Assembly: GCA_963802575.1 (NCBI GenBank)
Contig: CAWDJF010000001.1
Span: 111,321-175,320 of the forward strand
Length of the DNA: 64,000 bases
Source: Terriglobia bacterium
Lineage (GTDB): Bacteria > Acidobacteriota > Terriglobia > Terriglobales > Acidobacteriaceae
Direction of reading: 5' to 3'
Shown here: positions 9,216-19,886 of the stretch, piece after piece
How the letters are laid out: each line of letters begins with the position of its first letter
How positions within the stretch are numbered: the first letter of the stretch is position 1
The notes under the pieces: generated by a model
The model's database searches: none
Told to the model about the DNA's origin: nothing
The model's input: the letters and a program-made list of their open reading frames with translations, nothing else
Position numbers and translations under genes: made by a program

Positions 9216-10781
9216 ATGAAACACCGAAACACACTCTCCTTGATTTGCGGACTGTTGCTCACCCTGAGCGCGCCGTATCCTGCGTTGGCGCAGAACGTTC
9301 TCACCTGGCACAACGACATCTCGCGCACCGGCCAGATCTTGAACGAAACGACGCTCACCACGGCGAACGTGAACTCCACTCAGTTCGGAAAGAAATTCTC
9401 TTTCCCCGTCGATCAGCAGATTTACACGCAACCACTTTTTGTTTCAAACCTCAACATCTCGGGCAAAGGGAAGCACAATGTCGTGTTCGTTGCCACGGAG
9501 AATGACAGCGTCTACGCGTTTGACGCCGGCGGGTCCCCTAAAACTCCGCTCTGGCATGTCAACTTCACCAATGTTTCCCAGGGAATCACGGCGGTGCCGT
9601 GTGGAGACAATGGCGGCTGCGCTATTTCCACGGTCATTGGCATTACCGGCACTCCAGTCATCGACCCGACCAGCAAGACGATGTATCTCGTCGCCTTCAC
9701 CAAAGAAAACGGAACCTACGTGCAGAGATTGCATGCCCTCGATATCACCAGTGGCGCGGAGAAGTTCGGTGGGCCGGTTGTCATTCAAGCCAGCGTGCCG
9801 GGAACCGGCGATGGCAGCATCAACGGGATGGTTCCTTTTCAGCCGCTACGCCAGAATCAGCGACCCGGCCTACTGCTGCTGAATGGAGTGGTTTACATCA
9901 CGTGGGCTTCGTTCGGAGATATCGATCCCTATCACGGATGGGTCATGGGTTACTCCGCCAGCACGCTGGCGCAAGTCTCGGTCTACAACGCCACCGCCAA
10001 TGGAAGCCGCGGCGGAATCTGGCACAGTGGCGGAGCACCGGCCGCAGATACTTTGGGAAACATCTTTCTCATCACCGGCAATGGCACATTCGATGTCGAC
10101 ACTGGCGGCACCGATTACGGCGACGCAATGCTGAAGTTTCCTGGATCGACTCTAACCGTGGCGGACTACTTCACGCCCGACAACCAAGACATGCTCGACA
10201 CCGATGATCTTGATCTCGGCTCAGGCACCGCCGTCCTTTTGCCGAAACAGCCCGGACAGTATCCCGACGAACTGGTCAGCGGCGGGAAGCAAGGAACCAT
10301 CTATCTGGTCAATCGCGACAATATGGGAAAGTTCAACGCCACCAGCAACAACGTCATTGAGATGCTGATCGGATCGACGGGCGGATACCTGGCCAGCGCT
10401 TCGTACTGGAACAACGGCGTCTACTTTTCAGGAGTCAATGATTTCGTCGGCGTCTACGCATTGAGCAACGGACTGCTTTCGACGGCTCCAGTCTCTAAGT
10501 CTCCTACGACTTATCGCCTGGGAAGCAACCCGTCAATCTCCGCCAATGGAAAGACGAATGGAATTCTCTGGGCGATTGACGTCGTGGCTCCAAAAGCAAC
10601 CGGAGTGCTGCACGCTTACGACGCGACGAATTTGGCGAAGGAGCTCTACAACACCACGCAGAACGCGACTCGCGATAGCCTTGGAGTCGCCGTCAAATTT
10701 ACGCCGCCCACGATCGCGCATGGCAGAGTCTACGTCGGCACTGCGAATGCGCTGGTTGTGTATGGCTTGCTGTCACAGTAG
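9216..10781 (+). CDS. Secreted PQQ-like beta-propeller repeat protein
   Basis: Signal peptide ending ALAQ; N-terminal motif LTWHNDISRTGQ...YTQPLFV...VVFVATENDSVYAFDA, typical of this beta-propeller family. Confidence 0.6.
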   Translation: MKHRNTLSLICGLLLTLSAPYPALAQNVLTWHNDISRTGQILNETTLTTANVNSTQFGKKFSFPVDQQIYTQPLFVSNLNISGKGKHNVVFVATENDSVYAFDAGGSPKTPLWHVNFTNVSQGITAVPCGDNGGCAISTVIGITGTPVIDPTSKTMYLVAFTKENGTYVQRLHALDITSGAEKFGGPVVIQASVPGTGDGSINGMVPFQPLRQNQRPGLLLLNGVVYITWASFGDIDPYHGWVMGYSASTLAQVSVYNATANGSRGGIWHSGGAPAADTLGNIFLITGNGTFDVDTGGTDYGDAMLKFPGSTLTVADYFTPDNQDMLDTDDLDLGSGTAVLLPKQPGQYPDELVSGGKQGTIYLVNRDNMGKFNATSNNVIEMLIGSTGGYLASASYWNNGVYFSGVNDFVGVYALSNGLLSTAPVSKSPTTYRLGSNPSISANGKTNGILWAIDVVAPKATGVLHAYDATNLAKELYNTTQNATRDSLGVAVKFTPPTIAHGRVYVGTANALVVYGLLSQ

Positions 10782-11152
10782 CGCGGTGTTATCACGGTGA
10801 CCATCAGTTATGTGCTAGTAGGTTGCTATTGATTTTCACCGCCGCTATGGGTTAACTTACTGCGGTTTTGCATAACTGGAGCTCGACAGAAAAGGTCCAT
10901 TGCGACACCGCTACCGAACTGTCGCGATGAACGCACCCTCAGCCTCTGAAATTCAACGCCGCTGACAACCTCCGCCACCATCGATAACAACTGGCAAGGG
11001 TCAGGCGTCTGGATGGATGACTCCGCACTGAGGCCTCTCATGTGTTCGAGTGAAACGAACGCTGCTACCCGCGATCAGATTTTCTCGTCTACAGATCGTG
11101 ATGTGACTACAACGCTGTGCAACTTACGAGTGAGGTCCCTGGAGAACTTCGA

Positions 11153-12377
11153 ATGACTAAGCTGCAAAAAGGACGAACCTATCCCCTCTACGCTCTATTT
11201 CTGTTTTTCCTGGCGGCCACGGCCGCGTTGCCGGCGCAAACGTTCAAGACGATTGTGACTTTCAATGAGGCTAACGGCGAAGATGTTTTTTCTTCTCTCA
11301 TTGAAGGCACAGACGGCAACCTCTACGGCAGTACCGTGTACGGCGGAAAGCAAAACTTCGGCACGATCTTCAAACTCACGCTGGCTGGCAAAGAGACGGT
11401 CCTCTACAATTTCTGCCTCCAGTCCGGATGCCCCGACGGCACCTACCCGGGCTGGCTAACGCAAGCGAGCGACGGCAATTTCTACAGTGAAACCTACGGC
11501 GGAGGCACCTATAACTCCGGCACGATTTTCAAAATCACTCCCACGGGACAACTCACCACGCTCTACAGTTTTTGCGCACAGAGCGGTTGTCCCGACGGCG
11601 CCCTGCCGCAGTCAGCGCTGGTTCAGGCCAGTGATGGCGACTTCTACGGAACGACTGTCATCGGCGGCGCTCAAAATCAGGGCACCGTTTTCAAGATCAC
11701 ATCCAGCGGAGCGCTGACCACGTTGTACAGCTTTTGCGCCAAGACGAACTGCACCGATGGCACGCAGCCAAACATCGGGCTGACCCTCGGCACCGACGGG
11801 AACTTTTACGGTACGACAGCCCTGGGCGGAAAGAATGCATGTCCGCCATACGGCTGCGGTACCGCTTTCAAGATCACTTCGAGCGGCGTGCTGACGACCC
11901 TTTACACCTTCTGCTCACTAGCCAATTGCGCGGACGGCAACATCCCGCAGGGGCTTCTGGTCCAAGCCAAGGACGGAAACTTCTACGGCACTACCGACGG
12001 TGGAGGAGCGAACAGCTTCGGCACCGCCTTCAAGATGAACGCAGCGGGCAAGTTGAGAACGCTACATAGTTTCTGTACTGGCAGTTGCTCTGACGGAGGC
12101 ATCCCCTACGCGGGAATGATCCATGGCACTGACGGCAACTTCTACGGGACGGCGGCTATCGGCGGAGCTAAAGGGCTACGGCGCCGTTTACAAAATGTCC
12201 CCAACCGGCAAGGTGGTCCCGCTTCATGGTTTCGACAACAACGACGGCTTCTCGCCGGCGGCGTCGCTCTTTCAAGCCAGCGACGGAAACTTCTACGGGG
12301 GCACGGAAGAGGGCGGCAACTTGAATTGCTTCGCCCCCTACGGCTGCGGCACCGTGTTCCGCATCTCCGTACCCTAA
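11153..12377 (+). CDS. Choice-of-anchor GloVer tandem-repeat protein, frame broken at the GGG run 12173-12175
   Basis: About 8 repeats of TDGNFYGTT..GG....GT.FK.T..G.LTTLYSFC; the last repeat continues in another frame (YGAVYKMSPTGKV...CGTVFRISVP*); removing one G restores ...GGAKGYGAVYK. Confidence 0.7.
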
Positions 12378-12398
12378 ACCCCGGTAATATTAAAACTC

Positions 12399-12438
12399 GG
12401 GTGCCCCATTTCTCGCGCGTTTGCGAGAAGTGGGGCAT
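12399..12438 (+). repeat. REP-like hairpin family A (GGGTGCCCC...GGGGCAT); probably also the terminator of the upstream gene
   Basis: GTGCCCCATTTCTCGC-GCGTTT-GCGAGAAGTGGGGCAT followed by TTTGCTTC; related copies at 14171, 26638 and 33918. Confidence 0.7.
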
Positions 12439-12524
12439 TTGCTTCTAAGCCGTCCAAGGTCAAACGTTTTGGACCTCCCCGCCGCGCGGTGTAAAGTAAA
12501 TGCCGTCTACAAGGGGAGGAAAAC

Positions 12525-14153
12525 ATGATCAGAGCCAAGGCCGCTGCCTGCCTGACTGTTTTGTTGCTATTCGCGGGGCTTGCATTCAGCGATGAGATGC
12601 CCGCGCACCATCACGACGCTTCTGAGAAGCTGGGCACCGTCTCGTTTCCCATCTCCTGCGCGCCCGCTTCCCAAAAGCCCTTCGAACGCGGCGTCGCGCT
12701 CATGCACTCTTTCGGATACGAAGAGGCCGAAGAGCAGTTCACCGAAATCGCGAAGACCGATCCCAGCTGCGCCATGGCTCATTGGGGAATTGCGCTGAGC
12801 TTGTTTCATCAGATCTGGGAGCGTCCCGCTGAACCGTCGCTAAAGCGCGGATGGGCTGAAATGCAAACCGCTCAGAAGCTCGGCGCCAAGACCGAGCGCG
12901 AGCGCTCCTACATCGCGGCGCTCTCCGACTTCTATCGCGATTACGACAAGCGCGACCACGTGCAGCGCGCCAAGGCTTATTCCGACGCCATGGCCAAGGT
13001 CTACCAGCATTATCCCGACGATCTTGAGGCTGGCGCATTCTACGCCCTGTCGTTATTAGCGGCCGAGCCTCCGGGAGACAAGTCGCTCGACTATCCGAAG
13101 AAAGCCGTCGCCGTGCTCAATCCGCTCTTCCTCAAGCAACCCGATCATCCGGGCCTGGCGCACTACATCATCCACGCCTGCGATTCGCCGCAAATGGCTC
13201 CGCTCGGACTCGACGCCGCCCGTCGCTATGCGTCGATCGCATCGTCTTCCGCGCACGCCGTCCACATGCCGAGCCACATCTTCGCCCGCCTCGGCCTCTG
13301 GCAAGAGGACATCGACGCGAATCTGAAATCCGTCGCACTCGCGCACCCCGCCGGCCAGATGTACATGCATGGACACGAACTCCACGCCATGCACTTCCTG
13401 ATCTACGCCTATCTTCAGACCGGGCAGGATGAAGCCGCTAAACATGTTGTGGAAGACTCCAAGCAGATCATCGCCAGCGCTCCCAAGAATGGCGATGACA
13501 TGGGCATGCTCGAGTACTACGGTTTTGCCTCGGCTCACTTTCCGGCGCTGTATGACCTGGAGATGCGCCAGTGGTCTGACGCTGCCGCCCTTGAGCCCGC
13601 ACCCGGACTGCCCGCTTATCAGCAGATGATCACGTATTGGGCGCGCACCATCGGCTCCGCGCAACAAGGAGATGTCGAAGCCACCCGCGCCAACGCGAAA
13701 AAGTTCGACGCGGCAGTGGAGGCGACGCGCAATTCGAAATACGCATATGTTCTTGAGGGACCCGGCTTCTCGCGCCGAGAGGTTCACGCCTGGCTCGCCT
13801 TCACAGAGAAGAAGAACGATGACGCCCTCCGCGAGATGCGCGAAGTCGCCGACCTGCAGGACCAGGTTGGAAAACAGGAAGTCGACATCCCCGCTCGGGA
13901 AATGCTCGCCGACATGCTGATGACTCTCAACCGGCCGCAGGAAGCTTTAACTGAATATGAAGCCGCGTTGAAAACCGATCCTAACCGCTTTCACGGACTC
14001 GCCGGGGCCGCCCGCGCCGCCGAAATGGCGAATCAGAAAGAGAAAGCCAACACGTACTACGCTCAATTATTGAAGAACTGCGACGACGGAAAGAACTCAG
14101 ACCGGCCGGAACTGGCGCGCGCAAAAACGGTGGTCGCAAAGAACGGAATGTAA
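12525..14153 (+). CDS. Secreted TPR-like helical-repeat protein with conserved His cluster (paralog of 52884-54530)
   Basis: Signal peptide; shares with the paralog AHWGIA, YPDDL, HY.IHA and H..HMP.H. Confidence 0.6.
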   Translation: MIRAKAAACLTVLLLFAGLAFSDEMPAHHHDASEKLGTVSFPISCAPASQKPFERGVALMHSFGYEEAEEQFTEIAKTDPSCAMAHWGIALSLFHQIWERPAEPSLKRGWAEMQTAQKLGAKTERERSYIAALSDFYRDYDKRDHVQRAKAYSDAMAKVYQHYPDDLEAGAFYALSLLAAEPPGDKSLDYPKKAVAVLNPLFLKQPDHPGLAHYIIHACDSPQMAPLGLDAARRYASIASSSAHAVHMPSHIFARLGLWQEDIDANLKSVALAHPAGQMYMHGHELHAMHFLIYAYLQTGQDEAAKHVVEDSKQIIASAPKNGDDMGMLEYYGFASAHFPALYDLEMRQWSDAAALEPAPGLPAYQQMITYWARTIGSAQQGDVEATRANAKKFDAAVEATRNSKYAYVLEGPGFSRREVHAWLAFTEKKNDDALREMREVADLQDQVGKQEVDIPAREMLADMLMTLNRPQEALTEYEAALKTDPNRFHGLAGAARAAEMANQKEKANTYYAQLLKNCDDGKNSDRPELARAKTVVAKNGM

Positions 14154-14170
14154 GCAGACTGATTTACATC

Positions 14171-14212
14171 GGGTGCCCCGTTCTTCGTGGTTTTTGCCAA
14201 GGGGCGGGGCAT
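14171..14212 (+). repeat. REP-like hairpin family A
   Basis: GGGTGCCCCGTTCTTCGTGG-TTTTTG-CCAAGGGGCGGGGCAT; the stem closes with G-U pairs on the + strand only. Confidence 0.65.
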
Positions 14213-14229
14213 TCGATTATTCGGAATCT

Positions 14230-16109
14230 TTACTCCACTACAATCTTCCCCATCACCTTCACATTGTTCAAATTGTTCTTGATCTGCAGCGGAATCTCTC
14301 CGGCCACCTCGGGCTGAAATTCGAAGTCGTAGGCTTCTCCCGACACAATATGCAGCGACGCATTCTGCGATGTCGCCAACCGCGCGGGAAGCGTGGCTCC
14401 GTCTTTTGCTATGGCATGCCACGTCGCCGGATGCTCCGCGCTTCCAATCAAGACATTCGCTCCGAGATTTGGCGCCATGTTCACTACACGCAAGCGATAC
14501 TTAACGCCACGGTGGAGGACCATCGGAGTGAACGTCTCTAATCCGTTCAGCGTGATGCGCGACGTCTGAAAATCATTGTCGCGCGCGCCAATCATGAGCA
14601 GCCGGTCATGCTCGGCATCGAATGTCTGGCCCGGATCGAGCACAATGAAACCGCCGTACACTCCACCGGAAAGCTGGCTCGGGTCCGACGCGTGCGTGTG
14701 ATAAATAAAAGTTCCCGCGCGGTTGGGGGTAAAGCGCGCCACGAAGCTTCCGCCCGGTTGGATCGCCGGCGTCACCTGATTCCCGTCGCCACCGCCGACT
14801 ACGCCATCGTAGTAGCTATCAAGTTCAATCCCGTGCCAATGGATGGTCGTCGGCTCAGCCAAGTGGTTCACCACTGTGATCTCCACCGGTTCTCCACGGG
14901 TCACCACGATCGGCGGGCCTACCGACTTATCTTCCGATGCGACAATCTTCTTGCCTTCGCGCACCGAGCAAGAAAAAGTCCGCGACTTCGCGTCCGCGGC
15001 ATTCGGTTCCAGTACTAGATCGATTTTTCGCGGAGAGACTGCGGCCGCGCTCACTGGCGTCGACGAACCAGCCTTCACGTTGATCATCAGCACCAGGCCA
15101 GCCATGTCGTTCATGGCACCCATGGCGTCTTCGTGTTGATGAGCCTGCATACCGTTGGAAGCACCGGTCTCCGTGAAGGTCGGCAGGCGTTCGTCGGTCG
15201 AGATGTGCGCTTGCAGGTGGCAGTGAAATAGCCAGCGTCCCGCATGCGTGGGTTCCCACTCCATCATCATCGTGGTTCCAGGCTGCAGATCCTCCGTCAC
15301 TACCGACTGCCGCTCTCCGGGCGCGTAAGACATATCCGAATCAAAACTTCCTACACTCAGCAAATCATAGAAGGAACCGTGCAGATGCATGGGATGCTCA
15401 CCGACCCCCGAGTTGATGACGCGCCAACGGATGTGATCGCCCACCGCATACTCCAGCGGTTCGGTGAATGGATAGATCTTGCCGTTAATCGAGAGCACTT
15501 CGACCCTTGGGTGAATGGCATCGGCAGCGACGAACATCGTATCGATCACAAAAACGCGGTCGGCTACAACCGAACCGGCAGGATCGACGATGAACGCTCC
15601 GTTCAACTGCGCGTCAGCCCGAAGCGGCTGTACGAAGGTTCGCACGGCAGTCTTGAAGACGTCGGTCGTGCGCGCCCAGTAGTAATAAGTTCCCGGTGCA
15701 CCAGCGACAAACGTGAATTCGTGGCTTTCGCCCGGAGCGATCTCCACTCCCGCCGCCGGATCGCAAGGACGCTCGCAAGACCGTATACGGTCGCATTCGT
15801 CTTGAGCTTGTTGGTGACGGTGACGTGCAGAGTCGTCCCTTCCGGCATCCGCAGGAGCGGACCCGGAATCTGCGCCGCGTGGCTCCCTTCGGCGAAAGCC
15901 TGCACGAACAAAGGAGGCCCGTCTTCAGCCTCGGCATGCCATGTGCCGCTGCGGATTTCGAGCGCGACGCTGAGCACGCCGTTCTCAAGTTTTCCCGCGG
16001 GCACCCGGTTTTGATTGGCGACGATTTGGTCGGCGCCTTGGGCAACCGCCAATCCAGGCAGCAGACACACGACGGCGAGCAGCCATAAAACACGCGAAGT
16101 TGTAGGCAA
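14230..16109 (-). CDS. Multicopper oxidase (three cupredoxin domains), frame broken near 15772-15780
   Basis: Copper-site motifs HWHG and HPMHLHG plus the HCH triad (LFHCHLQAH). The signal peptide and first domain (16109-~15780) are in a different frame from the remainder (RPCDPAAGVEIAPGESHEF...). Confidence 0.75.
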
Positions 16110-16170
16110 TTGGCCTCCGGGGGAGTGCCATCATTATGGAGGTTAAAGTACGACTGTCAAGTCCGCCGTT

Positions 16171-16998
16171 CTAGTGCTGCGTTGAACTCACCAGATCATT
16201 CGTGAGCAGGCTGACTTCGACTCGCCCACCACTCGCATGCTTCGCTTTAGTTCCGGCCTCTGCGGATGCCGGCGCATTCCCCATCCCCAAAGCGTAGATG
16301 CGATGGACAGGAATATTGTGGGTGTACACCAGGTAACGCACGACCGAGTCCGCCATCTGCCGCGAGGCGGCCATCGCCGCCTGACCGTGGCCAGTGGAAA
16401 AACCGCGCACTTCGAGGAGATAATTGCGCTGGTCCTTCAGCGGAGCCGCCATCTCGTCGAGGGCGTCCTTCGCTTTCTTGCTGAGAACGGTCTGCCCCGA
16501 TCGAAAGTCAATCTCGGTTTGTGAACCGCTCTTGTACTGCCCGAGGTTGCCGACCACCTGCTCTATGCTCGAAACGTGCGCTGTAGTTTGCGCGGCCGCC
16601 TGCTGCGCCGCCTGTGCGCGATTGTCTGCGTCTATGGCGTGCTGATCGGCCTCCTTAGTTCTCATGGAAGCCTGCTGAATGCCCTGTTGCGTGCGGCCAT
16701 CGACGTCCTTGATCATCCTGCTATTGGTCGCGGCCGCATCATCCAGTGTGTTAAGGCAGTCCTGAATGGGCCGCACCTCGCCTTGCACATACTTCTTGGT
16801 GGTAAGTGGATGCCCCACAAGATTCGCAAGATTGGGTTCGGCCCCGTTCCAGAAGTCGCCAGTCGACGCAGGCTGCGTATTGCAGATGGTGCTCGTCGTG
16901 CCCGGTGCAGGAGGCTGCGACTTTGAACTGGGAGCGCTCTGCGCGAACGCGCAAAGGGTCGTCGCCAAAAACAGAGTTACGATGATGCGATTCGTCAT
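16171..16998 (-). CDS. OmpA-family protein (coiled N-terminal region, C-terminal OmpA-like domain)
   Basis: AGGAGG RBS before ATG 16998; signal peptide MTNRIIVTLFLATTLCAFAQ; C-terminus LLEVRGFSTGHG....SRQMADSVVRYLV...IPVHRIYALGMG. Confidence 0.7.
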   Translation of the reverse strand: MTNRIIVTLFLATTLCAFAQSAPSSKSQPPAPGTTSTICNTQPASTGDFWNGAEPNLANLVGHPLTTKKYVQGEVRPIQDCLNTLDDAAATNSRMIKDVDGRTQQGIQQASMRTKEADQHAIDADNRAQAAQQAAAQTTAHVSSIEQVVGNLGQYKSGSQTEIDFRSGQTVLSKKAKDALDEMAAPLKDQRNYLLEVRGFSTGHGQAAMAASRQMADSVVRYLVYTHNIPVHRIYALGMGNAPASAEAGTKAKHASGGRVEVSLLTNDLVSSTQH

Positions 16999-17220
16999 TG
17001 CGACCTCCTGGGGGACGGCAAACGCTGAAAGCCTAAGACGGTCAACTTTCCGGCAAGAGAACCTCATCGGTTCGCATCCATAATACGCCAACAGAGCGGC
17101 GACAGAAGGCGGCCGCTGCGATTGAGATCGCCTCAACTACTTTGCCGGTCTGAACCAACAAAGACGAACAACCAAAGACCCACTACGGGATTGTTCGCGC
17201 CAACACCGAACTGATGCCGG

Positions 17221-17673
17221 TTACTGCGCTCGTTTCACCGCGATTCCCATCACCTCATAGTGGCCGTTGCGAAGCAGATTGCTCGCTCCAACAAATGCGC
17301 GCGCGGGAAAATCGCCATGGAAATACGTCTTGTATACGGCGTTGAACGTATCGTAAAGCTTCAGATCGGTACAGAAGATCTGCAGGGAAACGACATCGTC
17401 CATCGACAAGCCCGCCTCCTCCACTGTCTTCTTGATTCCATCCATGACCAGATGCGCTTCTGCCTCGGCGTCAGCCGGAGCCAGTCCTGTTTTCGGATCA
17501 ATTCCGATGTGGCCGGCAATATAGAGCGTATTGCCCACCAAGACGCCATCGCTGAAAGGTAAGCCCTTCGTATCGCCGGCCCGCGGGCTCACGATGAATC
17601 TCCGGTCTGCTGCGTTGGCCGCAATCGAGAAAGTCAGCAATAGAAATAAAGACACGATTCCGCGTAGCTTCAT
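17221..17673 (-). CDS. RidA/YjgF-family protein with predicted signal peptide
   Basis: GGAGG RBS; MKLRGIVSLFLLLTFSIAANA; core LYIAGHIGIDP.TG........EAHLVMDGIKKTVEEAGLSMDDVV...IF..D...Y..FN.VY..YF....PAR. Confidence 0.75.
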   Translation of the reverse strand: MKLRGIVSLFLLLTFSIAANAADRRFIVSPRAGDTKGLPFSDGVLVGNTLYIAGHIGIDPKTGLAPADAEAEAHLVMDGIKKTVEEAGLSMDDVVSLQIFCTDLKLYDTFNAVYKTYFHGDFPARAFVGASNLLRNGHYEVMGIAVKRAQ

Positions 17674-17821
17674 CTTTTCCTCCAGAGATTCCGAATTCGT
17701 CACCGAACAAGTGCGAACAAAAATTACACCAAATCGAATGATGAGGCGAATCGCGAACCCAACGTTTGAGGGATCAGGTCTTGCTGAGGGCTGACGGCTG
17801 AAAGCCGACGGCTGGTTTTAA

Positions 17822-17898
17822 TGGTCGGGACGGGCAGATTTGAACTGCCGACCCCTCGCACCCCAAGCGAGTGCTCTACCAGGCTGAGCCACGTCCCG
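17822..17898 (-). tRNA. tRNA-Pro (anticodon GGG), CCA encoded
   Basis: Hand-folded cloverleaf: acceptor CGGGACG/CGTCCCG, D stem GCTC/GAGC, anticodon stem CTCGC/GCGAG with loop TTGGGGT, T arm GGCAG-TTCAAAT-CTGCC, discriminator A, then CCA. Confidence 0.9.
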
Positions 17899-18051
17899 AC
17901 TGGAAGGAATCCGCCCGATCGCGGGCGGTGGGGTTGACTTGAGAATTTTACACTAGCCGCGCCGATTGCGCTCGGCGAGCCACCCAATTGCATCCGCCGG
18001 GACTTGCCTCTCATCCAACCACTAGCTCGTCACTATTGAGGTTTCCTAAGC

Positions 18052-19161
18052 TTGCGTCGTCGCATCGCCGTCTTTGTTGTCGTCGTTCAATCCATTCTTC
18101 TGCTTGCCCACTGGTTCATTTACAGCACCTGGGTGGGGTTTGAAGCCGTCCCCGATCCTCCCGGCATCACGCCTTTGCAGGCGGGCGTTGGGATCTTGTC
18201 GATCAGCTTCGTCGCCGCCACCTTTCTGGCGCGGCATTACTTCAATCCGTTGGTGCGATCTCTCTATCGCGTCGCCGCCACCTGGCTTGGGCTAGTGAAC
18301 TTTCTTTTTCTCGCGGCCTGCCTTTGCTGGGTCATCGCCCTCGGCGCGCGTGCGGCTCATGTGTCGCTCGACGCTTCGCTACTCGCGAGAGTCCTGTTCG
18401 GCGCGGCCATCCTTGCGGGACTTTATGGATTGATCAACGCGCGCTGGCTGCGGGTGAAGCGCATCACGGTGAAGCTCCCCAATCTGCCGCCTTCGTGGCG
18501 CGGACGCGTGGCCGCCCTGGTCTCCGATGTGCATCTCGGACACGTCAATGGCGCGCGCTTCATGCGTCGCATCATCGATCGGCTCAGGCGCCTCGCGCCC
18601 GACGTTATCTTTCTCACTGGAGATCTGTACGACGGCACGAAAATTGACGCGCCCTCGGTCGCCGCTTCCTGGAAAGACATCACTCCCCCTTTCGGCTCGT
18701 ACTTCGTTACCGGCAATCACGAGGAGTTCTCTGACACTCTGCAATATATTCACGCCGTGCGCGACACCGGGATGCGTGTGCTCAACAACGAGAAAGTCGA
18801 TCTCGACGGATTGCAAGTGGTCGGCGTCGACCATCACGACTCGACCAATGCTTCGCGGTTCCAGGCAATTCTCGAGCGAGTTGCGTTGCGCGATGGCGAG
18901 CCGAGCATTCTGCTTTCGCACGCACCACATGCTCTTGAAATACCTGAGCGGGCTGGAGTCTCGCTTCAACTCTCAGGCCACACGCACGGCGGACAGATCT
19001 GGCCCTTCACCTGGTTCACGCGGCGCATCTTTCGCCAGTACACCTACGGACTACAACAATTCGGGAAGATGCTGGTCTACACCACGACGGGCGTGGGGAC
19101 GTGGGGTCCGCCGATGCGAGTCGGTACGCGGCCGGAAATTGTGCTGATCAAGTTCGCCTAA
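18052..19161 (+). CDS. Membrane-anchored metallophosphoesterase (YkuE-like)
   Basis: N-terminal TM helices; motifs SDVHLG, LTGDLYDG, GNHE, SGHTHGGQ. Confidence 0.8.
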   Translation: MRRRIAVFVVVVQSILLLAHWFIYSTWVGFEAVPDPPGITPLQAGVGILSISFVAATFLARHYFNPLVRSLYRVAATWLGLVNFLFLAACLCWVIALGARAAHVSLDASLLARVLFGAAILAGLYGLINARWLRVKRITVKLPNLPPSWRGRVAALVSDVHLGHVNGARFMRRIIDRLRRLAPDVIFLTGDLYDGTKIDAPSVAASWKDITPPFGSYFVTGNHEEFSDTLQYIHAVRDTGMRVLNNEKVDLDGLQVVGVDHHDSTNASRFQAILERVALRDGEPSILLSHAPHALEIPERAGVSLQLSGHTHGGQIWPFTWFTRRIFRQYTYGLQQFGKMLVYTTTGVGTWGPPMRVGTRPEIVLIKFA

Positions 19162-19293
19162 AGCAACCGGAGCAGGCGTGCCGCGACCCGTCCACCCAAA
19201 GTCCCAAACACAACGCGATCTCGTTGGAGAATCGCAACTTGACGCCGTCGCCTGCACGCGCCACAATCAAAGCTTACGTCTGGCGAGGTGATT

Positions 19294-19869
19294 ATGTTGG
19301 CTTACTTATTCGTCGTGCTTGCGGTTGCCGTCCGTTTCTTGCCCCATCCCTGGACTTTTACTCCCGTGGTTGCGTCGCTTCTGTTCTTTGGCGCCCGCGG
19401 TTCACGCAAGCAGCTCTGGATTCCCTTCGCAATGCTGGCCGCCTCGGACGTAATCCTCACCAAGCTCGTGTACCATTACGTGTTTTCCTGGGATCACCTC
19501 GTGACCTGGGCATGGTACGTAGCGATTCTGTTGCTCGGAACCACTCTGCGAAACAATGCCAAGCCCCTGCGCGTGATCGCAGCTTCACTGGCCAGCTCTG
19601 TGTCTTTCTTCTTGCTGAGCAACTTCGCGGTGTGGGCTTGCTGGGATATGTACCCCAAGAACTTCGGCGGGTTGATGACCTCTTACACGCTGGCTCTGCC
19701 GTTCTTCCGTCAGGCGGTTGAGGGAGATCTGCTGTTCACCTGCGTGATGTTTGCCACGCCGTTTGCGCTGCACGCCATGTCGGAAAGCCTTCCACGGCGC
19801 CGATCGCACTGCGGCCATCTAGCGATCGTCTGGATCTTGCTTAGCGCTCTTCGCGTTCTTTGCGGTTAA
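19294..19869 (+). CDS. Polytopic membrane protein (DUF6580-like)
   Basis: Hydrophobic throughout; N-terminus LFVVLAVAVRFLPHPWTFTPVVASLLF resembles the DUF6580 family; family assignment from memory only. Confidence 0.5.
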   Translation: MLAYLFVVLAVAVRFLPHPWTFTPVVASLLFFGARGSRKQLWIPFAMLAASDVILTKLVYHYVFSWDHLVTWAWYVAILLLGTTLRNNAKPLRVIAASLASSVSFFLLSNFAVWACWDMYPKNFGGLMTSYTLALPFFRQAVEGDLLFTCVMFATPFALHAMSESLPRRRSHCGHLAIVWILLSALRVLCG

Positions 19870-19886
19870 GAGCTTTTCGGTCAGCC

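Noticed and set aside
17700-18051. Integrated element next to tRNA-Pro
   Set aside because: No integrase, direct repeat of the tRNA 3' end or compositional shift was seen on either side; the flanking genes look native.
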